This document shows positions 24,370-35,792 of a stretch of DNA of 64,000 bases, one piece after another. The DNA is from Nitrospirota bacterium. GTDB lineage: Bacteria > Nitrospirota > UBA9217. A program made the translations under genes and the position numbers. The notes under the pieces are model-generated. The model did not search any database, was not told where the DNA came from, and worked only from the letters and a program-made list of their open reading frames with translations. Location of the stretch: the NCBI GenBank assembly GCA_963796285.1, contig CAWCKW010000012.1:480001-544000 (forward strand), given 5' to 3'. The first letter of the stretch is position 1, and every line of letters begins with the position of its first letter.

Positions 24370-24920
24370 TTCAAAGAGGCTCTCAGGGAAATCTTACGCT
24401 ACCTCACCGGTTCGCCTCTTTGGGCCACTGCGCTCAGTATTATCTTCTATGCATCGGCCAGTACCGCTGCCGGTTTTCTCGAGAAGAAATCAGCGCAGTT
24501 GAAACCGATCGGGTCGGGACTCAACCTCATCATCCTGTTCATCTCTGTTCAGCTTTTTCTGCACCTGGGCGCAGCTGTATACTTCCCGAGGGTATCGCAA
24601 CAGCTCAACTTCTTCTCCTGGCCGGCTTTCACCTATGCCGCGCTCCATATCTATGGTGATCTCTTCATCATGCCGTACGCATCGCCAGTATCCACGTGAA
24701 GGAGGATGCAGCGTTCGTCGTTATAGAAAAGGAAAGTTTCGTGTCAATGCTTGCCCAGAACCCCGCAATTACGGAATCGCTGAGTCGCATACTCTCCGAG
24801 CGCCAGGCCGGTCTTGAAGCGGAACGGGAGAGACTTGGTGCCGCTGCGCGTGAGCGCCGCAAGCAAGAAGGACGTTTCCGGTCCGATGCTTTCCAAGATC
24901 AGAGAGTTTTTCGGTGCTGA
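24370..24920 (+). pseudogene. Remnant membrane protein with tail of a cNMP-binding domain (MscS-cNMP-like), internally deleted
   Basis: Three TM helices joined directly to KEDAAFVVIEKESFVSMLAQNPAITESLSRILSERQ...MLSKIREFF. Confidence 0.5.
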
Positions 24921-25590
24921 AATAAATAAAATAGCTATGATCATCTTTTCCACCGTTCCTTTCGTCAGAATCCACCTCATAGTTGATATACTTGAACAAG
25001 TCCCGGATGGTGTCTTTACGGGCGAACGGAACTCACCTGTCCTATCCATCTGAAAAAACTAGATTGCCCCCTCACTTCGATCCTCGCATTGACAATTCGG
25101 TCGGTTTTCCAGAATGTTTCTTTTTTAAATTGAGGTTAAGACTCTTTTTCTGAACCTGTATTTTATAGTTGACATACCAGAATGCAAACAGTATAATATG
25201 TGAAATACAATAAATGTTTGTATTGTTTCCGCAATGAAAATTCATTATTAAATCAAATAGTTAATATATTATCTTTTTGTTTAATTTGATACTGTTTGCA
25301 AATAATTTCGGACAATACCGCTAAAATTTGAATATTGTATTTTGTTTAGTTTTAATTTCATTGACAGATGAATTATCATTTGATATACTTTTTCTGTTTA
25401 AGCGTTTATCAATGTGCTGAAGAGTCTAATCATCGTATGATAGCCTCAGAAACAGTGTATAGATGGAATGCAGTTTGATGAATGAAAGGAGGTGGCATCA
25501 ACATCATTCCCGCTAAATTTTACTTTTAATAGTTTGCCATATGCAAAGAGCGTGAGAAAAAAAAACAATTACAGGGAGGTAACAAAGGTT

Positions 25591-27938
25591 ATGAAGATTT
25601 TTAAGCACAAATATGTATTTTTGGTATTAGCTTTACTCTTTATCCTGCCGCTGATGTTTGTTGGATGTTCGGGCAGTGATGGCTCTGACGGCGCGAACGG
25701 CGTGAACGGCACGAACGGCACGAACGGCACGAACGGCACGAACGGCGCGCCCGGCACGGATGGCACGCCCGCGGTCGTGACCAATGATGCATGTATGGTA
25801 TGCCACACCACCGGCAAGATCGAGGATATCGCGGTTGCGCATCCCGACCCGACCAATAATAATCTGGTCGTTACTATCACTAGTGTGGCAAACGTCGGCG
25901 GGTTCCCAGTGGTTGCTTTCACGTTGACTCAAAAAATCTTACAACCGGGGCTCTTTCGAGTCTCACTACAATTACCAATAGTAATCAGAGCATTAAGATC
26001 GCCGACCTGATCCCTGCCAGTACTGGTACTAATACCTGGTCAACTGATTACTTCGAGATGTGGGTTTCGGAGACACCCAGTACAGTGGCTAAAATTGCAT
26101 GTGCAGCTGGTACCAAAATTAATACGGCTGGCACAGCCTGCACTGTAAGTGCAGGCGCGGCAGGAAATCTGGCAACACCTGCCACCAACCTCCTTGACGT
26201 AAGCGATAAAGCCAACGGCAATTACGTTTATACCTTTGTTACTCCGTTCGGTTCAGCCTGGCCGGGCTACAACAATGCCGACTATGCGGCTGGCAATAAG
26301 AGGCGCGTAGCGATAGAGTTGAGTTCTCCTCCCACCGGATTCAACAAAGCAGTCGGGATCGCGGATTTCACGGGTGATGCCTGTTGATGGTGGCGCTGCT
26401 GCTACCCTGATCGCTTCCGTGCGCCAGTTCGTCACTATCCAGGCCTGCCAGAAGTGCCACGGCCCGTTGATGGATGGTGCGGCCCATGCCAATAACCGTA
26501 ATGATATCCGTGAGTGCGACTTCTGCCACAGTGCGTTATATGGCTCCTTGCCTAGCCATGCCGCGGGCTTTATGGCAGCGGACAACGCCGACCTCCCGGT
26601 CTTCATTCACGGGATCCATGGTTCAACGTGGAATGATACCGATGATCAATTCCCGATGGGACCTGCAGTAACAAGTCCTGTCACCTATCCGCAGGAGCTC
26701 AAAAATTGCACGGTCTGCCATAGCGATCCCAGCGGCTCTGCCCCTGGCGATCTAACGGGCCTCAACAACTGGAAGACCCATCCGACCGGCAGGGTCTGCC
26801 ATTCCTGTCATACGACGAATATCATCACTGCGGCAACTACCACCATCGCCGCTACGTTCACGCATGACAGCACATTAACCACAAAATTCCCCGTTCCCAG
26901 CTGGTCCACTAACCGATGCAGATTGCAGCGGCTGCCATGGGAGTGCCGGAACTGCTGGTAGATAGTACGGACATCGTTACCGTCCATAGCACTGCGGCTG
27001 CCGGTAATGACGTTCCTGAATACGTTGTAACCATTGCAACTAGCACTGCGGCCAACGGCTCGTTCTACGTATCCGGCGAGACCTTTACCGTGGACGTAAC
27101 CTTGGCAACCAATCCGGCCATTACGACCCAGACGCCTGTCCCGGATGCCTATACCACGGCTAAAGATGCTGCTTATCACTCCGGCGGCGGACTTGCTGTC
27201 GCCAGCCTCTACGTCTATGGACCCCGCAGCTTTGCTCTACCGTTGACGGGCACCCAGGCCAACAGCCTCTTTGGTAAGGGCGATGCAACCGGCTTCCATT
27301 ATGCAGTGAAGGTTCCGGCCGGCACGACTAACGGTACCTACCTGATTCGCGCCCGGATTGCTGACTATTCGTACGATAGAAACAATCCAACCGGAGGCGG
27401 TGCACACGCGTACCAGATTGAATCGACTAAACTGGCACTCTTCCAAATTGGTAACGCGACTGTACAGAAGAAAGTTGACGGCAATGCCTGCGTCGACTGC
27501 CATGGCACCACCATGATGCACGCAACCGACCACGCAGCGGCATTCGATACCGATGAATGCACTGCCTGTCACGACCAGTCGGGCGGACATGCGGCCTACA
27601 TCGGCAACCGGGTGCACGCAATCCATTCCGCCTCTGCAACGGGCGATATGGTCGATGGCCGTGACTGGTCACAACTCGTGTACGAACTCGGAAAACCGGT
27701 CACGGAAGAAGGGGCGTTTACTGGGCCAACGGTTACGAGCCCGGTAACCTTCCCGCTTGGCGATATTAGCCCGGCAACTTCAACATCACAGAGCACCTAC
27801 AAATGCGTGATCTGCCATACTTCCGCAAGCTCGGGGACCTATAAGACCAACGCCTATGAGACCCCGTGTCTTGGGTGCCATGGTGATGTTCCCGGCGCAA
27901 CCGACCATATGATCCAGAATGGCGGGAAGTTTCAGTAG
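25591..27938 (+). CDS. MtrC/OmcA/OmcB-like decaheme cytochrome c lipoprotein, about 4 frameshifts
   Basis: RBS GGAGGT, lipobox FVGC, collagen-like Gly-X-Y run, CXXCH x10 (CMVCH, CQKCH, CDFCH, CTVCH, CHSCH, CSGCH, CVDCH, CTACH, CVICH, CLGCH), IHGIH, TYPQ. Confidence 0.85.
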
Positions 27939-27983
27939 AGTCATCGCTTTGAAATGGTAATTTAATTTCAGAGACAGCTTCGC

Positions 27984-28012
27984 AGGGCGGACCGAAAGGT
28001 CCGCCCTTTTTT
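27984..28012 (+). terminator. Intrinsic terminator
   Basis: AGGGCGGACC-GAAA-GGTCCGCCCTTTTTT. Confidence 0.9.
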
Positions 28013-28107
28013 ATAGGCGAACTATGGCTGAATACGAATAAGGGCTCAACGCCTGGCTGCACGTACTTTTTTGCATGAAAACGTTCCGAGTTACGAGGGA
28101 GAATGAA

Positions 28108-28458
28108 ATGAGAATCAAACCAATATATTCCTTTGCATTCCTGCTGTTCATGGTGTCTCTGTTCAGTTTTTCAGGTTGCTCCAAGCTGTCCGGACCTTCG
28201 GATGCAGAAGTGATCAAAGCTGTGAGTGAAAGCCAATTTTTCACACATAATGTTACTTTGATACCACCCGTTGTAATCGTGGAAAAGGCCGGCCGTAATA
28301 AGGATGGCTTCTGGCCTGTCAAAGTTAACGTAATATTTACTTATGAGATAAAGGACAAGCAAATTTCCGCGCCAATGCAACAGACGCTTATATTTAACAT
28401 GGACAAACAGAAAGACAATGAAGGTCATAGCGTTTGGAGGGCTGCCCTCGGTCATTAG
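28108..28458 (+). CDS. Hypothetical lipoprotein
   Basis: MRIK...FSFSGC lipobox; RBS GAGGGAG. Confidence 0.65.
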   Translation: MRIKPIYSFAFLLFMVSLFSFSGCSKLSGPSDAEVIKAVSESQFFTHNVTLIPPVVIVEKAGRNKDGFWPVKVNVIFTYEIKDKQISAPMQQTLIFNMDKQKDNEGHSVWRAALGH

Positions 28459-28588
28459 GAGAAGAGTATGCTAACGTGAATGATGTAACCTGCCTGCCGT
28501 CGGGCGCTTAATGGTTGCTGTTCCCGTGCTGTCCGGTATTCTGTTGGTTGCCACCGCTTTAGAATTCTTAGTGCGTAGCGCTCATCGT

Positions 28589-28621
28589 AGGGCATGCCTT
28601 TAAAACAGGCATGCCTTTTTT
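28589..28621 (+). terminator. Intrinsic terminator
   Basis: GGCATGCCT-TTAAAAC-AGGCATGCC-TTTTTT. Confidence 0.7.
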
Positions 28622-28844
28622 CTTGATTTGTTCTTCGTACTTCTGTATACTTTCAACAATTTTTACAGGCCGTTATGTTACGATGCAGCCCCCGGGTTGT
28701 GGTAAGATGATGCAAAATTCATTCGAATGTAGGACTCGTTTTGAGTCGCAGGCCATCTCTGGCCGGTCACAGTTTAAATTATTAATTGGCCGCTGAAATT
28801 TCAATGGGCGACCTATCACATATATCTGAAAGGAGGAATGCATT

Positions 28845-30143
28845 TTGAGAAGTGACAGGTTCATGCAAACAATTTTGAGCGGTACCCTCGTCAGACGGGC
28901 GGTATCGACGATGGTCGTACTGTTGGTGAGTTCGCTGTTCATTCCGGCCATCTCACAATCAGCCACCGTAACAGGTGATTCCAGTACCTATGTGCAATCC
29001 AGGGAGGCCGAAGACAGTTCTAAAATACTGGGAGTTTATGAATATCTCGATTTTGCCGTGCAGAACATCGGCAACGAGACGATCTCGTTTCACACGGGCG
29101 GCTGGCTTCGCTACGATCTGAAAGAGGAGGAGTTCGGCGATAAATCCGCGAACGATCTGCAGTATTCCTACCTGAGCTTTAAAAGTAAAACCGACAACAC
29201 CGTCGTCAACTTGGGCAGGGTGATGGTCTTTGAGGGTGTGGCTGCGGAGCGGGTGGACGGGCTTTACGCACGCACCGATCTTATGGCCGGGTTCGGCATC
29301 TCGGGATTCGGCGGCAGTCCTGTAGAGACCGGCAGTGATATGCCGGGGAACAATGTGATTTATGGCGGCCGGTTGTCTCATCAGTTCGGCGACGTATATA
29401 AGATCGGGATATCGGCGCTCAAGGAAGAAAAAGACAGTCAGGACTACCGGAGGGAGGAAGGCCTCGATATCTGGGTGCATCCGATCAACAAGGTGGACCT
29501 GACCGGGCGATCGAGCTACAACGACGTCACCAAGGGATGGATGGAACAGAGTTATGCACTGATGCTGGGCCCCTTTGAAAAGCTGCGGCTCAATGCCACG
29601 GCCTCATGGATCAACTACGACGACTATTTTTTCAGGACCACTATGAGCGCGTTCACCTTGCAATCGGGTCTTATTCAACCGAATGAGAAGGTGCGTACCC
29701 TGGGAGGAGAGGCATCCTATCCGATCACGGACCAGGTGCTCATTACCGCTGATTACAAGAATTTCAGCTACGATATCGCGGGCAAGGCGGATTATTTCGG
29801 CGGGAAGGTAAAATATTCCCTGTCCGGATCAGGGGGCGCGGGGATCGGTTATCACGCCATGATGGGAGAGACGGACAAGTTGAAGTACAACGAGTACCGG
29901 GTCTATGCATATAAGAAGTTCGGCCATCTCGACGTGTCCGCTGACGTGATCGATGTTGCCTACGTCAACGCAATAAACGGCGTCAAAGATTCCTATTCCG
30001 CTTCACTCGCGGCCCAGTATGATCTCGCGGAGGCCTGGAAACTTGGTGCGGACGTGGAGTATTCCCATAACCCGGATTTTGACAGGGACATCAGGGTGTT
30101 CTTCAAGGTCCTCTACCACTTCGGCGCGAAAGGAGGAGCATAA
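28845..30143 (+). CDS. Outer-membrane beta-barrel of a porin-cytochrome complex (ExtB-like)
   Basis: Signal peptide, alternating aromatic beta-strands, C-terminal strand VRVFFKVLYHF-like (DIRVFFKVLYHF); upstream of multiheme genes. Confidence 0.8.
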   Translation: MRSDRFMQTILSGTLVRRAVSTMVVLLVSSLFIPAISQSATVTGDSSTYVQSREAEDSSKILGVYEYLDFAVQNIGNETISFHTGGWLRYDLKEEEFGDKSANDLQYSYLSFKSKTDNTVVNLGRVMVFEGVAAERVDGLYARTDLMAGFGISGFGGSPVETGSDMPGNNVIYGGRLSHQFGDVYKIGISALKEEKDSQDYRREEGLDIWVHPINKVDLTGRSSYNDVTKGWMEQSYALMLGPFEKLRLNATASWINYDDYFFRTTMSAFTLQSGLIQPNEKVRTLGGEASYPITDQVLITADYKNFSYDIAGKADYFGGKVKYSLSGSGGAGIGYHAMMGETDKLKYNEYRVYAYKKFGHLDVSADVIDVAYVNAINGVKDSYSASLAAQYDLAEAWKLGADVEYSHNPDFDRDIRVFFKVLYHFGAKGGA

Positions 30144-30144
30144 G

Positions 30145-30585
30145 ATGAACACCGTAAAGACAAAAATGGTTATTTTAGCATTGTTAACGATGCTCTTCGG
30201 AATCTATGCCTGTGCCCATACGGTCAGTAGAGCGGCGCAGCACCCCGTTGAATTGACTGCTCCGCCGATGTGCAGCGACTGCCATCAGGACTGGAGGTCG
30301 GCATTGGACCATACCAGCGATTACTCGACGCGGCACCGGTTCTACGCAGAGCAGCAGAGCCAGACCTGTAAGGCCTGCCACAAAGAGTCCTTCTGCTCGG
30401 ACTGCCACGCGCACAAGGAAGAATTGAAACCGAGCGACAAATTCAAGGATTCTGTTGAGCGGGACATGCCGCACCGGGGAGACTACCTCAGTCAGCACAA
30501 GATCGACGGCCGAATAGACCCGGCATCGTGCATGAAGTGCCATGGACGCTCGAATAATGAGAGGTGCCGCGTATGTCACAAATAA
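30145..30585 (+). CDS. Pentaheme cytochrome c lipoprotein (ExtC-like)
   Basis: Lipobox IYAC; CSDCH, CKACH, CSDCH, CMKCH, CRVCH. Confidence 0.88.
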   Translation: MNTVKTKMVILALLTMLFGIYACAHTVSRAAQHPVELTAPPMCSDCHQDWRSALDHTSDYSTRHRFYAEQQSQTCKACHKESFCSDCHAHKEELKPSDKFKDSVERDMPHRGDYLSQHKIDGRIDPASCMKCHGRSNNERCRVCHK

Positions 30586-31598
30586 CTAAATTCAAGATAA
30601 TGAGTCTGCTCATCCTTGCCGGATTGCTGTTCATGGCCGGGTGCGGCAGCTCTACTCCGAACTCAAAGGCCTCGTCAGGTGCAAATGCAGATGGACAGCA
30701 TGCAGCCGACTGGCTGCCTGCCGGACACATGGTTGCTGCACAGGAGGACCAGAGCGCCTGCACTGAGTGCCACGGGAGCAATTATGATGGCGGAATTTCC
30801 GGGGTATCTTGCACCACGTGCCACCTCGGCGGGGTCGATGCAATCCATCCGATATCCTGGAGTATTGGGGCCGGCATCGACTCGAATCACGCGGCCTATG
30901 TGGCCAGCAATGGGACCAGTGCGTGCGCAAATGCGTTTTGCCACGGCTCCGCACTAACGGGCGTCGTCAGCAGCGGTCCAGCCTGTGTTTCGGCTGCCTG
31001 TCACCAGAACGGATCTCCATTTAACTTTACGGGATGTACGTCCTGTCACGGGAATCCACCATCAGGGTCTGTCGCTCCGAATAGATCAGGAGCACACGAC
31101 TCTGTTGCAGGACACTTTGCTGCGCAGGTCACTCTACCTGATGGGTGCAATACCTGCCATAGCGGTGCGGGATCGGGGACAGTCAATCACAATACCGGAA
31201 CTGTTGTTGTATCATTATTGAGTTCCTACAACGCAAAAAGCGGCATAGCCGCGTATAATGCCGACGGTACCTGTTCAAAGGTGAGCTGTCACGGAGGACA
31301 GACGACGCCGGTATGGTTGACCGGTTCCATCAATGTTACCACCCAGTGTACGTCCTGTCATGCATTTGGCACTTCCGAGTATAACAGTTTCGTGTCCGGT
31401 CAACATGGCTTGCATGTGAATAGTTTACAGATTTCCTGTATCGAGTGCCACGACACCACGAAACTTGCCATAAACCATTTTTCTGCCTTAAATACTCAGG
31501 AACTGGAAGGGCCTGCTGCGGCAACGATAAACAGCAATGTAAACTATGACGGTACATCGTGCACACCGCTATGCCATGGAAAGGATACCTGGCAGTAA
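30573..31598 (+). CDS. Multiheme cytochrome c lipoprotein with CX4CH/CXXCH motifs (ExtD-like)
   Basis: Lipobox MAGC; six CXXCH, three CX4CH, one CX3CH. Confidence 0.88.
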   Translation: MSQITKFKIMSLLILAGLLFMAGCGSSTPNSKASSGANADGQHAADWLPAGHMVAAQEDQSACTECHGSNYDGGISGVSCTTCHLGGVDAIHPISWSIGAGIDSNHAAYVASNGTSACANAFCHGSALTGVVSSGPACVSAACHQNGSPFNFTGCTSCHGNPPSGSVAPNRSGAHDSVAGHFAAQVTLPDGCNTCHSGAGSGTVNHNTGTVVVSLLSSYNAKSGIAAYNADGTCSKVSCHGGQTTPVWLTGSINVTTQCTSCHAFGTSEYNSFVSGQHGLHVNSLQISCIECHDTTKLAINHFSALNTQELEGPAAATINSNVNYDGTSCTPLCHGKDTWQ

Positions 31599-31644
31599 GT
31601 GGTGCTTTCGCCCGAAATTCCTGTCTTTGGGTATTTATGACGAT

Positions 31645-31683
31645 AAAAGAAGGCCCGGACGATATGAGTCCGGGCCTTCTTTC
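31645..31683. terminator. Bidirectional-type intrinsic terminator
   Basis: AAAAGAAGGCCCGGAC-GATATGA-GTCCGGGCCTTCTTT. Confidence 0.85.
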
Positions 31684-32087
31684 TATAAATCCCCAGCATT
31701 TCAGGCTTAATATGTAGGGGCCAGCCGATATCTGGATTCCGTAATCAACCTGTTTGCGCCGGTTCCTGGGCCGATCAAAGTAAAAATGACGTTATCGTTA
31801 TCGGATTATCGAGCGAAAGAGACAAGTCTCATATGTTGAACGAATTCGTTTCACATTTTCGTTATGCTCATTATCGGGCAGCAACAGGCCCGAATTTGCA
31901 AGCCCTCGGAGACCCATGATAGCAGCAGCTAAATTGATTTGGAATGGCTGCCTGGCTAATTATAGTGACCTTTATTTAGGGCTTATTCATGAGGTGATAT
32001 GCTGTGCACCAATTAAAAAGGAGTTGCTGAAATACATACCTCCTCCTTATTAGAAGAAAGATTGCTTATCTGTTTTTATTATAACGT

Positions 32088-32579
32088 TCACTCTTCCTCT
32101 GCATTTTTTCGTCGTTGAGCACGATCTATCGCTCGCTGTTTTTGTCTATTAATAAATTCTTGCTGAGCTGGCGTTGGCCCATATTGTTTTGGAGCAGACT
32201 CCGAAGCGTAATGATCGGCGCTTGGCGGCGAAACGGTTGATCCCGCAATCCTTTCATGAGAGATATACATATCGTATGACATGCCGTCCGTTCCCTTGAG
32301 CGAGATGCTGTCGGAACGAACTGCAACGATCTTTGACCCATCCGGCAAGGTATCGTGCACCCGGTAAAAAGTCTGCTCGCCTTTCGAATCGCTGAATACT
32401 GCGCCGATAAACTTCTTGCTCTGAATCGTCCCGATCAGACGAGAGGCCTGCGGCCCGGTAGCCTGGGCGTCCACCGTGTTGACAAAGAAATGCGGCAAAA
32501 TAAAGACGAATGCCGAACACAACAACGTGCCGACGGTTTTTCCCTTTATCGATCGCAGTCTGATATGCGTTAGGTTCAT
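32088..32579 (-). CDS. GspC/PilP HR-domain-like protein
   Basis: Hydrophobic N-terminal segment then RLIGTI...AVFSDSKGEQTFYRVHDTLPDGSKIVAVRSDSISLK. Confidence 0.6.
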   Translation of the reverse strand: MNLTHIRLRSIKGKTVGTLLCSAFVFILPHFFVNTVDAQATGPQASRLIGTIQSKKFIGAVFSDSKGEQTFYRVHDTLPDGSKIVAVRSDSISLKGTDGMSYDMYISHERIAGSTVSPPSADHYASESAPKQYGPTPAQQEFINRQKQRAIDRAQRRKNAEEE

Positions 32580-32652
32580 AGTTAAAGCGGTAAATCCCTG
32601 CGGCTTTCTAGGGTGAAATTCGGTGTAAGCGCCTAAGTCTGTGAGTATCTGC

Positions 32653-33564
<912 letters not shown>

Positions 33565-33636
33565 TCACAGGGTATGAGGCAGAGAATGAAGAATATAAAT
33601 ATTTGAGGTAATTCTCTGTATCCTCTGTGGTTGCCG

Positions 33637-34980
33637 TTACAGGATATACCTGCTCAGATCTTCGCTCTTCAGGACGTCCTCAAGGCGCTCCTGCACATAT
33701 TTTGCGTTGATGGCGACCTTGAGCCCTTTTTCTCTGGCGCGTCAAAGGAGATCTCGTCAAGCAGGCGCTCCATGATGGTGTGGAGCCTGCGGGCTCCGAT
33801 ATTCTCCGTGCGATCGTTTACCTTGGTCGCGATGTCGGCGATCTCCTCGATCGAGTCCTGGGAGAAGGTGATCGATACCTCTTCCGTGGCAAGGAGGGCG
33901 ACCTGCTGCTTGATGAGGGCGTTCTGCGGCTCGGTCAGGATGCGGATGAACTCTGCCTTGCCCAAAGAATCGAGCTCGACCCGGATCGGGAACCTGCCCT
34001 GGAGCTCGGGGATCAGGTCCGACGGTTTTGACACATGGAACGCGCCTGCGGCGATGAACAGGATATGGTCGGTCCTGACCGGCCCGTACTTGGTCGTGAT
34101 CGTTGAACCTTCGACGATCGGCAGGAGGTCGCGCTGAACACCCTCGCGGGACACGTCGGGACCGTGTGATTCGCGGCCGGCGATCTTGTCGATCTCGTCG
34201 AGGAACACGATGCCGGACTGCTCGATGCGCTGGAGCGCTTCTTTGATGACCTTGTCCATGTCGATCAGCTTCGCCGCCTCTTCCTGTACCAGGAGCCGGA
34301 GCGCGTCAGGCACTTTGACCTTGCGCCGTTTGGTCTTTTCGGGAAGGAGTCCGCCAAGCATCTCCTTGAGATTCATCTCGATCTCTTCCATGCCGACATT
34401 CGAGATGATGCCGAAGGGCATGACTTTCTCTTTTTGCTCGAGTTCCACCATCCGTCCGTCGAGTTTGCCTTCCCGTAACTGCTGACGGAGCTTGTCGCGA
34501 GTGCTCGAGTGCTGCTCTTCCTGTTCGGCCGAAGGGGTTTCGGAACCCGGCCGATGTCCTGGGCGGCGGCAACAGCAGGTCGAGAAGACGTTCCTCGGCC
34601 ATGGCCGCTGCCTTTTCCTGGACCTGTTCCGTCATCTCGGTCTTTACCATGTTGATGCCGATCTCGGTAAGATCGCGGATGATGGACTCCACGTCGCGTC
34701 CCACATATCCGACCTCGGTGAATTTCGACGCTTCGATCTTGAGAAAAGGGGCCTGGACGAGCTTCGCGAGCCTGCGGGCGATCTCCGTCTTTCCAACGCC
34801 CGTGGGGCCGATCATGATGATGTTCTTCGGCATGACCTCGTCGCGGAGGTCTTCGGACAGACGCTGCCGTCTCCAGCGGTTCCGGAGCGCTATGGCAACG
34901 GCGCGCTTGGCCTTGTGCTGGCCGATGACGTACTTGTCGAGCTCTTCTACGACCTGTCGTGGTGTGAGCGAATCTTTCAA
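33637..34980 (-). CDS. hslU: HslU ATPase, frameshifts ~34550 and ~33725
   Basis: [59 protein letters not shown]. Confidence 0.96.
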
Positions 34981-35107
34981 AAAAACCTCCGGTTTAAATT
35001 GCGGATTGTGGAGTGCAGAGTGCGGATTAATCAGGGCCAAAGGCGAAACGTCAAGGGTCATCTTTGCCTTTTATTCCGCATTCCGCAATCCTGAACTCCT
35101 GCAATGA

Positions 35108-35651
35108 TTACAGTTCTTCTATCGTAATAACAGTATTCGTATAAATGCAGATCTCCGCTGCGATCTTCATTGCCTCTTCCACGATCGATCGCGGTATCGA
35201 GTGTGGTGTGGTCCACGAGCGCACGGGCGGCAGCAAGGGCATAGGGGCCGCCTGAGCCGATGGCAGAAATGCCATTTTCCGGTTCGATCACGTCTCCATT
35301 GCCGGAGAGGATAAAGGAGCGTTCATTGTCGGCAACGATCATCAGGGCCTCGAGCCGGCGAAGGACCTTGTCCGTTCTCCAGTCTTTGGCAAGCTCAACC
35401 GCGGCGCGGGTGAGGTTGCCGTGGTACTGGTCGAGCTTGGCCTCGAATTTTTCGAAGAGCGTGAACGCGTCGGCGGTGGCGCCTGCGAAACCGGCAAGGA
35501 TCTTGTCATTGTACATCTTGCGCACTTTTTTTGCATTGTGCTTCATCACCGTCGCGCCGACGGTCACTTGTCCGTCGCCGGCGATCGCTGTTTTCCCGTT
35601 TCGCCGAACAGCCAGGATCGTTGTTCCGTGCAGGGGTGTTATTTCACTCAT
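35108..35651 (-). CDS. hslV: HslV protease, frameshift near C-terminus
   Basis: [34 protein letters not shown]. Confidence 0.96.
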
Positions 35652-35674
35652 AGCTCCTCCGATGATGTTTTATT

Positions 35675-35776
35675 ACCGCAGAGACGCTGAGCACGCTGAG
35701 AAAAACTTTAATTTAAAAAACGCGTCCTGTTTTTATCCGGACCTTGTTTCTCTGCGATCTCTGCGTCCTCTGCGGT
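35675..35776. repeat. Inverted 9-mer tandem-repeat hairpin (representative)
   Basis: ACCGCAGAG ACGCTGAGC ACGCTGAGA ... TCTCTGCGA TCTCTGCGT CCTCTGCGGT. Confidence 0.85.
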
Positions 35777-35792
35777 GAAAGAGAAGTCTTGT

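Noticed and set aside
25233-25246. Fur box (AATGA-AAAT-TCATT)
   Set aside because: Spacer is one base longer than consensus and the region is AT-rich, so chance is likely.
25417-25453. Hammerhead ribozyme (CTGAAGA...GAAAC)
   Set aside because: Stem II closing pair is missing and no convincing stems I/III were found.
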